A stretch of 63,367 bases of DNA, the filler included, from Octopus bimaculoides (taxonomy: Eukaryota): assembly GCF_001194135.2 (NCBI RefSeq). It is 5 parts of 5 records of this genome, joined end to end, with 100 filler letters (N's around TTAATTAATTAA, not from the genome) between each part and the next. Parts side by side here need not be neighbours in the genome. Positions count along the whole stretch, not along the records: positions 44,699 to 53,002 come from NC_068999.1; positions 53,103 to 63,367 come from NC_068981.1; 3 more parts are not named here. One strand, given 5' to 3'. The notes below the pieces were generated by a model. The model had not been told where the DNA came from and did no database searches. It worked only from the letters and a program-made list of their open reading frames with translations. Both the position numbers and the translations under genes were made by a program. Positions 52,330 through 63,367 of this stretch are shown here, piece after piece. The stretch's first letter is position 1. The number at the start of each line of letters is the position of its first letter.

Positions 52330-52660
52330 AAATAACGATGGAAATGTCTGCGAATCTTTGCTCAAAATTTCAAAGGTTGTGATAGAATACGTCTGTAAAA
52401 GACAATGATCACATCTTCTGGAAAAGTAATGTGGATAGATAAATGTCCTAGATAAATGGATGAGTTATCTACAGAATTGTCAGTAATATCCTCCTTCAAA
52501 TTCCTGATATATTTGGAGAGAGAGGTGATAAGGCGTTGTTCAAAGTATCTAAATTTTTTTACGCATGTTACAAGAATAACTTTAAACAGGGTTCTGAAAG
52601 TTCTATCTAGCTTTCTGCTTCACTCATTTGCAACGAACTTTACTTGATAAGCTAATGCTT
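52330..52660 (-). mobile_element. Penelope-like GIY-YIG C-terminal fragment (degraded)
   Basis: ITSLSKYIRNLKED (compare TSLSKYIWELKD) and RCDHCLL (compare C.LCL.E). Confidence 0.6.
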
Positions 52661-52689
52661 TAGAAACGCACATACCATAGCGAAGGAAG

Positions 52690-53002
52690 GAAACTGTTCT
52701 GCACGCACTCGTACAGTATCCAGCCATTTCCGATCTGTGGGCCTATGTCGAACGATTGCAATAGCGTATGGGACGAGTTGGTTTATCAGCCGAGTCTATC
52801 GTCAATATAGTCGCGCCTCCTTCCTTCAAACAAGAAGGAAGAGCCATTTTTATCGTACTTGTGGCTAAGGCGAAAGAATGTGTATGATGGACGCGTCTGA
52901 AAGGCCTAGAGGCAAACACTTTCCTCTCTGGTGAATCTTTCAACTTCTTCAAGTATCATTTGAAAAGGAAGGTGAGAGTAGAGAGAGAAGTTTTGTCTAG
53001 CA
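52690..53002 (+). mobile_element. L1/Tx1-like LINE ORF2 C-terminal fragment
   Basis: ETVLHALVQYPAISDLWAYVE...SAESIVNIVAPPSFKQEGRAIFIVLVAKAKECV*WTR...FFKYHLKRKVRVERE. ET..H....CP is the zinc-knuckle end. Confidence 0.65.
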
Positions 53003-53102
53003 NNNNNNNNNNNNNNNNNNNNNNNNNNNNNNNNNNNNNNNNNNNNTTAATTAATTAANNNNNNNNNNNNNNNNNNNNNNNNNNNNNNNNNNNNNNNNNN
53101 NN
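53003..53102. other. Artificial scaffold spacer
   Basis: N-flanked TTAATTAATTAA at 53047-53058. Confidence 0.95.
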
Positions 53103-53509
53103 CTGTTTTAAATTGATTTAAATTAAAATCTTCCATCAATATTTCATTTTAATTTATGTACCAAATACCAGCTTAATAATGACAGAATTATTTTACTAAA
53201 TTCTTCATCACCTTCGAAATTAATTGAAACATTAGCACAAAAAGTTGAGTAAAATGAGATTTGAAGGAGATTTGGATGTTGAGGAGAGGCTTCTACTTGG
53301 ATGAATAAACTGATGTTATAGCATTTTGTTGAAATGTACACAAACATAGTTGTTGAGTTAAGAAGCTTTGTAATGATGAGGTCATTAGGTTCACTCCCAC
53401 TGTGAGCAAGTGTCTTCTGCTAGATCCTTTGGCTGACCAATGTCTTGTGAGTGAAAATTGGTACAAGGAGACTGTAAGCAATGGCAAGACATTGTATTAG
53501 TTACTGTTA

Positions 53510-53704
53510 GGCACAGGAATGGCTGTGTGGTAAGTAACTTGCTTACCAACCACATGNNNNNNNNNNNNNNNNNNNNNNNNNNNNNNNNNNNNNNNNNNNN
53601 NNNNNNNNNNNNNNNNNNNNNNNNNNNNNNNNNNNNNNNNNNNNNNNNNNNNNNNNAGCATGGCCACAGTCAAATGACTGAAACAAGTATAAGAGTAAAG
53701 AGAG
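53510..53704 (+). mobile_element. SINE family A, centre hidden by N gap
   Basis: Head ggcacaggaatggctgtgtggtaagt and tail agcatggccacagtcaaatgactgaaacaagt flank the gap. Confidence 0.8.
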
Positions 53705-54457
53705 AGTTATTGTTTATATATGCCACTAAAAATGTATAGTTGTTGAGTGGTTTATCATTCAAATGACAGGTAGATAATTAGAAAGCTAATATTTGCTAGA
53801 TCTAAGTAAGAGTTAGCAACAGAAAGGGTATCCAACTGTAAATTCAATGCATATTAGTCCAACTTATGGATATAAAACAAGTGAATGTACTTATATGAAT
53901 TGATTTACACAAGTCTCCTGCTAGCAAATTTCATTCACGAGGTACTGGTCATTCTTAAACTATGGTTGAAAATACTTACCCTTTGATGTAAGAAAAGAGA
54001 GAAAAAAATCCACTCCTGTTTTCCTAAATATCCTAATAAAGTAATAAAACTCGACCCATTGATTATTCAATGTAAAATAATTGTGTGTCTAATTACATAA
54101 CTGGAAAAAAATCCATCGTTCTGGTTTTAAAACATATAGATAAGCTAATAAAAGTAGCCATTGATTAGGCATTGTTAAAAATTTATGTTTAAATACATCC
54201 GTCTTTCATAGTTGCATCATGTGTCACATCATATTATCTGACCTACAAGTTATAAAATATTAACTTTACATGACTCACATGTAGTTAGAATGAGATTATT
54301 TAGATACATTTTGTTTTCAGCCATAAAAAAAAAAATTGGTGCTATTGTTGTTCCCTCATGTAGTGTTTTCCTAACTGGATTCTGAATAATCCCAGTGTTC
54401 TGTGAACAAATTCTGAATACTGTGAGATAAGATACCTTTCAATAAAAATATATATGT

Positions 54458-54648
54458 AGGCACACACATGGGTGTGCAGTTAAGAAGTTCACTTCCCAAC
54501 AATATGGTTTCAAGTTCAATCCAGCTGCTTGGCACCTTAGACAAGTTTCTTTCTCTAAAGCATTGGGATAACTAAAGCTATGTGAGTGGATATAGTAGAT
54601 TGAAACTGAAAGAAGCCCAATGTATTTATATATATGTGTATGTATATC
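54458..54648 (+). mobile_element. SINE family A 5' half (degraded)
   Basis: Aligns loosely to 63028-63198 (aaactgaaagaagccc). Confidence 0.65.
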
Positions 54649-54651
54649 TTT

Positions 54652-54987
54652 GAAGGTGCATGGCTCAGTGGTTAGAGTATTGAGCTTATGATCATGAGGT
54701 TGTGAGTTCGAATCCATAACCGGGCTGCGTGTTGTGTTCTTGACCAAGACACTTTATTTCATGTTGTTCCAGTTTGCTCAGCTGTAGAAATGAGTTGCAA
54801 CGTCACTGGTGCCAAGCTGTATCGGCCTTTGCTTTTCCCTTGGATAACATTGATGGCGTGGAGAGGGGAGGCCGGTATGCATGGGCGATTGCTGGTCTTC
54901 CATAAACAACCTTGCCTGGACTTGTGCCTGGGAGGGTAACATTCTAGGTGCAATCCCATGGTCAGTCATGACCGAAGGGAGTCTCAG
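54652..54987 (+). mobile_element. SINE family D (tRNA-derived), full length
   Basis: A box TGGCTCAGTGG and B box GAGTTCGAATCC in the head, followed by a unique body. Confidence 0.85.
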
Positions 54988-55258
54988 CATGTATATCTTT
55001 ATATATGTATGTATTTGTCTCCTTGTCTTTATATCACAAAATAGTTATGAGTGTTGCCTTCATACAAGCAAAGACCCTTGTTGCTAGTTTGCTGTGAAAA
55101 CATGTCTGACAATGGGACAATTACTTCTTTGCTTGGAAACAGGCGAGAGATAGTTACTGCAAGGTCATCTGAGCTTAGAAAGTTTTCCTCAATGAATTCC
55201 ATCTGACTCACACAAGCATAAAAAAAAGTGGATGCTTACAATGATGATAAAAATGATT

Positions 55259-55384
55259 TAAAATTTTGGCACAAGGCGAATAATTTCAGTGGAGGGTATA
55301 AGTCGATTACATTGACCTCAGCACTCAACTGGTACTTGTTTTATTGACTGCTAAAGGATGAAAGACAAAATTGACCTTGGCAGA
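55259..55384 (-). mobile_element. SINE family B fragment
   Basis: Reverse complement aligns to 3365-3485. Confidence 0.7.
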
Positions 55385-55837
55385 ATAACGATGATAATAA
55401 TGTTAATGATTTTGTAATGAAATTATATTCACCATTTTCAAAATAAGCTGTAGATTTTTTTCTTTAATGAAAACATTCTTTTTTTAAAACAGCGTTTGTT
55501 TCATTTAATGTCTTATTAAAATTAGTGTGGCAAGGTTTTTAAAATATAGGTATGGGTTCTGTGATTTTTTTGAAAATTGTACATATAATGGGTTCTTTAA
55601 CTCTTTTAGAGCTTTAAGGAAAATTTTCTTCAGATTTTGAATTGTTTTTACTAGTAGTTTCACCTTCAGTGTTTAGTAGAAATGGCTCAATAGATTTCTT
55701 GACCATTCCTCTATTTGTTACTGAAGAATTTATGCTACAATTCTCAAATCAGAGGATGTATAGACAAATATACGCTAACTCTTTCTTTGTTACTCTCTCT
55801 CTAAATGTCCTTATTTTTGTCTCCCATTCAGCACTTT

Positions 55838-55891
<54 letters not shown>

Positions 55892-56589
55892 CCTTCCTTC
55901 CTTCCTCTAACTGTCTGTCTGTCCCTCTTTCTCTCTCTCTCTCTCTGGAATGTAAAAAGAAATATATTTAATATAATGAAGAGCATGTATTAGAGTGTAT
56001 GTAAAATGAATGCCTGACATAAGATATAAAATTAACTTTTAATGATTCACTTGTGAAGCTTGTTATGATTGTTCCTGATAAATATGTTGACATGATAAGA
56101 ATGGTGATATTAATACACCTGAATCATTGTGTGTGGTGTAATAATATAGTAACATGTTGTTACTGTCAATGACATTTCAATTATCTTTTGTGCATTCAAG
56201 ACTGTCTAACGACTTTCCTGTTTTAAGCTGGCTTGATATCATATATAAGAAATTTAGCTGTTTCTTTAGCAGGTTTAGTGACCAAGAAAAGATTCCCTCT
56301 ATGATGACATTGTCGTTAATGTAATGAAGATGTGGCATAATGGTTTAGATGTTGGACTTATGATCTTTATGCTGTAGGTTCAATTCCTGAAACAGGTGGC
56401 TCATGTCCTCATGCAATGTATTTCATTTTGCATTGCTCCAGTTTACTAAGCTGAAATATGAACACAAGCTGTAGCTGGTGGGGTTAATCCTGAGACAAAC
56501 TATTCTCCTGTTCAGGAAAAGGATGAGTTTTGTAATCTCAATTGCTTAAATGCCATGGAAACCTGTAGAAGCTCTGACCTAATGAGCCT

Positions 56590-56999
56590 ACTCTCTTACT
56601 ATTTTACTCTTTTACTTGTTTCAGTCTTTTGACTGTGGCCATGCTGGAGCACCACCTTTAGTCGAGCAAATCGACCCCCGGACTTATTCTTTGGAAGCAT
56701 AGTACTTATTCTATCGGTCTCTTTTGCTGAACCGCTAAGTTACGGGGATGTAAACACACCAGCATCGGTTGTCAAGCGATGTTGGGGGGACAAACACATA
56801 CACTCATACATATATGTATATATATATACATATATACGACGGGCTTCTTTCAGTTTCCGTCTACCAAATCTACTTACAAGGCTTTGGTCGGCCCGAGGCT
56901 ATAGTAGAAGACACTTGCCCAAGATACCATGCAGTGGGACTGAACCCGGAACCATGTGGTTGGTAAACAAGCTACTTACCACACAGCCACTCCTATGCC
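56590..56999 (-). mobile_element. SINE family A, full length (tRNA-derived)
   Basis: Head ggagTGGCTGTGTGGtaag...ccGGGTTCAGTCCC (A/B boxes), internal TA/TG tract, tail (GTAAAAGA)-like. Confidence 0.92.
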
Positions 57000-57584
57000 T
57001 GTAGGATTAAAATGAACAATAATTTTAATGTTTTTAATGCAATGGTTCCTAGGTTATGGGTTGTAATGCAAATTGTCTTGGTATAATTTTGAAAGAGTTG
57101 CAAAGACAAAAGTCTTTTACTTTTAAGATATTAGATGAAATGTAAAATGTTCATGTATGCATGGAAAAGTGGATGTTAAAACAATGATGATAACAATGAT
57201 GATGATTTTATGTATCTTCAGCTTCATTATCATCTTCATCATTATCTTCATCTTCATCATCATTATCATCACCATTTTCATTTTTTCATCATCATCATCA
57301 TCTTCATCATCATCATCATCATCATCATCATTATCTTTTATTATCTGCTTTCCATGCTGGCATGGATTGGATGGTTTGGCAGGATCTGATGAGGTGAAGG
57401 ACTGTAACCATACACCAATGTCTCCTTTAGCATGGTTTCCATGACTTTATGAAGTGTACCAGGTACTTTTATGTGGCAACAACATTAGTGAGGTAGCCAT
57501 GTACCTCGTGAAACTATCCCCTTTAACTAACTGGGATTACACTTGAGAGCACTGTAGCTTTATGCTCGGTGATAATAAGATATA

Positions 57585-57905
57585 GGCAATGGCACTGGCT
57601 ACAACGACAAGGGTTCCAGTTGATCCGATCAACGGAACAGCCTGCTCATGAAATTAACATGCAAGTGGCTGAGTACTCCACATACATATGTACCCTTAAT
57701 GTAGTTCTCAGGAAGATTCAGTATGACACTGAGTTTGACAAGTCTGGCTCTTTGAAATCCAGGTACTACTCATTTTTGCCAGTTGAGTGGACTGGAGTAG
57801 CGTGAAATAAAATGTCTTGCTCAAAGGCACAACACGTCACTGGGAATTGAACTCACAACCTTGTGATCATGAGTGAATACCCCTAATCACTAAGCCACAT
57901 GCCTT
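57585..57905 (-). mobile_element. SINE family F (tRNA-derived, head related to family D)
   Basis: Minus strand TGGCTTAGTGA...GAGTTCAATTCC...gttgtgcctttgagcaagaca. Confidence 0.75.
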
Positions 57906-58254
57906 CAGATTTAGGCAATGAGAACTAATATTTACTAGAAGCAAAATCTGAGGAAAACATCAAAAGTTAATTTTATTTCATTTTGTTAATTTTGTTTTGA
58001 TATTCATTATCTTCAATTTTTACATCCACTTTTCCATGCTTGCATGGGTTTGATGGATTTTATTGAGGTAGATTTTCTATGGCTGAGTGCCCTTCTCTGT
58101 TACCAACCCTCACCTGTTTCCAAGCAGGGTAATATTTTCTCATAGCCATATATGGTATGCAGGATATTAGAAATGAATGACACTACTAGTATCATAGTGA
58201 CACTCATTCATAATTATCACATGATATAAAAAATGAGGAAACAGAAGCATGCAT

Positions 58255-58307
<53 letters not shown>

Positions 58308-58805
58308 AACATAAACACAGACATACACTTCTGCCATACACATAAGCATACACACTCACAAACATACACATATGTACACTCACACACACGTACAAACACA
58401 AGCATACACACAAACACACATGCACACACAAACATACAAACACACACAAACATACAAACATACACAAGCTCATACACATGCACACAAACATACACAAAAG
58501 CACAAACACACACACATACATACACATAAACATGCACATATATGTCAGGCTTCTTTTGCTTTAAGTCTCCCAATTTCCCGCAGAAGACACCCAAAATACC
58601 ATGCAGTGGGACTGAACCCTGAACCATGTGGCTGAAAAGCAAACTTCTTACCACAAAACAACATCTGCACCTTTATTTTTTAATATTAAAAAAACCCAGA
58701 AGATCTGGAGGATTATCAATTTACCAAAATAGGTCACAATAGCATAACTTTGAAATCAACTGCTTCAATGTATCAAGAAGTGTACTAAATATTTCCTCTA
58801 CCTTG

Positions 58806-59017
58806 CTCTTTAGCATTTGAACTGGCTATATCTATTTAGAATGTTTTATGTTCTAACTGACCAAATACAAGCCTCTCACATCTGCCCTACAATATCATAC
58901 TAAAGGTAAACAGTCCCATAATAGAAATCTCAAAGCTACAAGATAATGCATGATTAATTCAAAACATTGTGAATAATTAAGCATTACATTTGACAAACTA
59001 ATCTGAATGCTAAAGGG
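58806..59017. mobile_element. piggyBac-like MITE
   Basis: Ends (c)tctttagcatt ... aatgctaaaggg|ttaa. The same family forms part of 26625-26800. Confidence 0.7.
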
Positions 59018-59398
59018 TTAAATGAAAACGAAATTGCATCTGTCTGCCAAATCATGTTGAGCCACACCAGCTCAACACGGCTTGACAGAAGGATGCAGTT
59101 TTTAAACTCTTATCCAGGAGTAAAGTTGATTACATTAACCCCAGTGCTCAACTGGTACTTATTTTATTGATTCTGAAAGGATGAAAGGCAAAGTCAGCCT
59201 TGGCACAATTTGAATTCAGAATGTAAGGGCAGACAAAATGCCACTAAGCATTTCACCTGATGTGCTAATGATTCTAACTCACAGTGCTGTTGGTGACTTT
59301 TTGTTTTCCTTCTTTAGACTTTTCCCTTTTTCCTTTCCGACAAAGAGCTGTGCTTGAAACAGCAAAAACTCTCTCCTTTTACTGAGCATCAAACTAAT

Positions 59399-60678
59399 AT
59401 CAGGTCATTAAGAATGTCGGATTTTCGTATGCACCAAGTTTGACAGTTGTTAACTCTAATGTTTTATCCTGACAATTCTTTGTTTTACAACATTGAAGAG
59501 TTACATCACTTTTCGAAATGCAATTCATGGTGTCTGATGATATTGTGTGTTTTCTCTTGTAAATCAATTTTTGTGAACCCATAGATAGATAAAAGATTTG
59601 TGTTGTTTATGAATATGAGTTCCTTCATGGAACCAATGCATTCGAGACAGCTTGAAACATCTATGAGGTGTTTGGTGAAGATGTGGCAAATGAGCACACT
59701 GTACATCGATGTTTTGAGAAATTCTGGTTTGGTGACTTTACTCTTGAAAATCAGCTCTATGGTATACCTGAGACCCAGGTGGATAGTGATGAGTTGGAAA
59801 CTGTAGTTGAAGTGGCTACATCTCAAACTATGTGCGAGTTAACAACAAGGTTTGATTTTTTTGATTTCAACTGTATTGGACCCATCTGAAACAAATTGGC
59901 AAGGTAAAGAAGCCGGACAAGTGGGTACCACATGAACTGAACCAGTATCAAATGACACATCGTCTTGAAACTTGTAATTCTTTTCTGTCATGGCATAAAA
60001 GTGAACCGTTTTTGCATCGTATTGTTATGTGTGTTGAAAAATGGATTCTTTTCAACAATAGCAAGCATTCTGCTTGGTGGTTGGACAGAGACGAAATGCC
60101 AAAACACAATCCCAAAAGAATATTCACCAAAAAAAGTTAATGGTGTCTGTTTGGTGGTGCAGCACTGGTGTCATCCACTACAGCTTCATGGGACCTGGTA
60201 AGTCAATTACAGCAGATGTGTACATCAACCAGTTGGATGAAATGATGAGTGAACTTGCAATTAAACAACCAAGATTGGTCAATAGAGACAGGCCAATTCT
60301 CTTGCAAGACAATGCTCAACCACATGTTGCACAAAGAATGCTACTCAAGTTACAGGAACTGAACTTAGAAGTACTCTGTCATCCACCATATTCACCAGAC
60401 CTTGCACCAACTGATTATCATGTTTTCCAGACATTAGACTATTTTTTGCAAGGAAAATACTTGAGATCTGAAGAAGATGCAAAAACAGCCTTTCATGATT
60501 TCATCACCTCTTGCTCTCCAGAATTTTTCACTGCTGGCATAAATAAGCTACCAATAAAATGGCAAAATTGTGTTGATAATTTAGGTGCATACTTTGATTA
60601 ACTACATTGCTTTCTGTTGAGATAAAGTAAAATAAACTTTCAATTCCAAATCGGACATTTCATTCTTAAAAACTTAAT
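59399..60678 (+). mobile_element. Mariner (D,D34D) transposon, full length, frameshifted and catalytically dead
   Basis: Inverted ends ggtcattaagaatgtcggattt / aaatcggacattt..cattctt. Motifs WVPHEL, QDNA-34aa-D and HPPYSPDLAPTDY are present. The first catalytic D is replaced (RIVMCVEKW). Confidence 0.93.
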
Positions 60679-61723
60679 GCATTCCTTGTGCATGTCCTCT
60701 TGTTGTTTGTTTTTGTTAATTTTATTATTCGTTTATTTGATTTGACACACACATATATGTGTTTGTGTGTGTGTGTGTATTTTTATTAATATTTGGCAGA
60801 AGCAAAAGTCACTCAAGGTCCAAGAGTTTCATGCGTTGGCACTTATCAAACTAGTTACAGGTTGAAGTTATATATANNNNNNNNNNNNNNNNNNNNNNNN
60901 NNNNNNNNNNNNNNNNNNNNNNNNNNNNNNNNNNNNNNNNNNNNNNNNNNNATATATATATATATATATAAATATATACACATATATATAAGTTGTCAAA
61001 GAATCCAGAAGTCAGAATGAATAGGTATTTTTAATAGGCATATTTATATTCATACATATAAGCACACATTTACATTGTATGTAAATATTTGTTATAAATA
61101 AATAGCTTAAGCTATTTGATATCATATCTGTCACTTGCCAGGTGCAGTTGGTTGCATCTTCTAAATTTAAATTTCCTTCTCTCTCGAGTTGAAACATGCT
61201 GCTTCATTACTCTGTTATACATCCTAACACCTGCATATTTGCAAGTTGCAGCTGAATTTCTGGAGTGTGTGGGTTAAAAGATCAGTAAATGTAAATTGTC
61301 ATTGATATCTATTTCAAGAGGGTGTAGAGAATAAAAATAAATGTAGACTCCATGTGGTGTAACTGTTGATCCTGTTGATAGTAGATTTGAGTACCAATAG
61401 TAGTAGTGGTGGTAGTGGTGGTGGGGGTTCCTTTTTTATCATAGATAAATAAATCACACAAAAACATGATCTGTAGTTCATGGGGTGTATCTTGGAAGAC
61501 ATTTGTTAAGGTGTTTATTATCAGCTAACATAATCTTGAATCAATCTTTTGTACATAATCCACATAGATGCCTACCTCTCCAGTGAGGTGCCAATGTGTT
61601 CTAGTTCTGACCAGTTCAACATGTAGCTAATCTTATAATCTCTAACTGAATATAATTTATGGATATACTCAGCTAGTGAAGTAGGTTTGGAAAAAGGACT
61701 CAACATAAGGATGGATAATGTGC

Positions 61724-61905
61724 ATCATCTTCATCATCATTTAACGTCTGCTTTTAATGTTGGCATTAGTTGGGTGGTTTGACTAGGCGTGACAAACCAG
61801 AGAGCTGCCCCAGGTTCCAGTCTGATTTTGCTTGGTTTCTATGGCTGGATGCCTTTCCTAATCCAACCACTTTACAGTGTGCGCAGGGTGCTTTTAATGT
61901 GGCAC
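61724..61905 (-). mobile_element. Short RTE-tail element
   Basis: (CAT)n-ttaacgtctgc...ggctggatgcctttcctaat matches the family. Confidence 0.75.
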
Positions 61906-63027
61906 TGTCTTGAAGCATAGGCACATTGGGTTGTTGCCTAGGGCTTATCTACATCTGCTGTGGCTTGTTGTCAATAAATAAATACTATAGGGCCTTGTGC
62001 ATTTATTTGCCAGGGGGCTATAATATTTCTATGTTGGCCCTGGTAGTGTGTACATTAATCTATACAAATACCTAACACTTGTCAAAAATGTTTCCATATC
62101 CTTGCATTAGTCCTATTGTAAGGTATTTATTTGTCTGTCTATCTATTTATCCATCCATACATCTATCTACAGTCCCAACCAACTGACCAAACAACCAATA
62201 TTTATTGGTTGAGATTGCTTATTATAAGTTGAGAGTTTTACTAAGATAACATGGTGACACCTTCAGTAGGATAGGTAGGGAGGAAGATGAGAGAAAATAA
62301 AAATGAAATAATGTAAAACACTATAAAATACAATAAAGGTGGTAGAGTACAAGGAGGTTTAATTTCCGTAATAGGTTGATGGATATAGAATTTTTTAAAA
62401 AGATCATGGATATTAAAACTTTAAAGGTCTTGTAGATATAAAAGATTAAAAGTTTAAGGATGTATAAAAGGTTTGCAGAAATAGAAATAAAAAGAGATAG
62501 GTAGATAAATAAATAGGAAGAAAATAGATAGGCAGACAGACAGATGGTTTGATAGTTAGATTGACAGACAGATAGACTGATTGATAAATTTATAGACAAG
62601 TAGATAGGCAGGTAGGTATGTAGATAGATAGATAAGTAGATAGGTAGATAGATGGATTAATAGATTGATAGATAGTTTGGTAGGTAGATAGGATAGTTTA
62701 CCCTACATATGACATGTGACCTGAAGTGAGCCTTGTTGCTGGCTGTTGTAACTGTAAGAGTAACTCAAGAGCATAGAGTTTCATGCCATGACGCTTATTA
62801 ATGTTGCATCAAACTGGGCTAATAAAAGATTATAGATGCCCTTCTTCATGTTTTGAGTTCTCTTCTCCAGTTTATAAACCCAAGTGTACAAATGTAAGTC
62901 TATGTATGTATACCTTTTTGTATGTATGTACTTGTATATGTGTTTATATGATTAGTCGTAATTACATGTATGTAAGTGTGGAGTGCATAGTTAACTGATT
63001 AAATCCATAGTGGAATTTGATTATATA

Positions 63028-63198
63028 GGCGTAGGAGTGGCTGTGTGGTAAGTAGCTTGCTTACCAACCACATGGTTCCGGGTTCAGTCCAACTGTGTGG
63101 CATCTTGGGCAAGTGTCTTCTACTATAGCCTTGAGCAGACCAAAGCCTTGTGAGTGGATTTGGTAGACGGAAACTGAAAGAAGCCCATCGTATATATG
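63028..63198 (+). mobile_element. SINE family A 5' half
   Basis: ggcgtaggagtggctgtgtggtaagtagcttgcttaccaaccacatggttccgggttcagtcc. Confidence 0.9.
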
Positions 63199-63199
63199 T

Positions 63200-63367
63200 A
63201 TCATCATCATCGTTTAACGTCTGATTTCCATGCTAGCATGGGTTGGACGATTTGACTGAGGACTGGTGCAACCGGATGGCTACACCAGGCTCCAATCTAA
63301 TTTGGCAGAGTTTCTACAGCTGGATGCTCTTCCTAATGCCAACCACTCAGAGAGTGTAGTGGGTTCT
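63200..63367 (-). mobile_element. Short RTE-tail element (CpGs retained), runs off the window
   Basis: catcatcatcgtttaacgtctgatttccatgctagcatgggttggacg. Confidence 0.85.

Noticed and set aside
54652-54725. tRNA gene calls for SINE heads (also 56930-56999 and 63028-63095)
   Set aside because: A/B boxes are present, but there is no complete cloverleaf, and the heads continue into repeated SINE bodies.
55029-55211. Protein-like ORF MEFIEENFLSSDDL...
   Set aside because: It is a degraded copy of the RTE-tail repeat also present at 58015-58210.

Overview
Eukaryotic genomic DNA, AT-rich and saturated with microsatellites, SINEs, LINEs and DNA transposons. The repeat content suggests an Octopus-type cephalopod draft assembly (inference). 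Four artificial 100-nt spacers (44 N + TTAATTAATTAA + 44 N) split the window into five independently assembled pieces: 1-18057, 18158-37482, 37583-44598, 44699-53002 and 53103-63367. Most listed ORFs are microsatellite or N-gap artefacts. Real coding signal comes from two sources. The first is decayed transposons: RTE, CR1/L2-like, L1/Tx1, R4/Dong, Penelope (RT and GIY-YIG), Gypsy and three mariner copies. The second is one unannotated plus-strand spliced host gene with at least five phase-compatible exons (29208-36544) encoding an acidic, low-complexity protein with a short coiled coil. The most notable non-coding signal is a set of minimal type-I hammerhead ribozyme motifs from two Penelope-like families (20310-20385, 23925-24000, 29097-29141, plus a degenerate remnant at 52240-52265). 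Other points of interest are several inverted duplications and R4/Dong fragments embedded in (AAT)n or (CATA)n arrays. All translations and alignments were done by eye; no database search was run.
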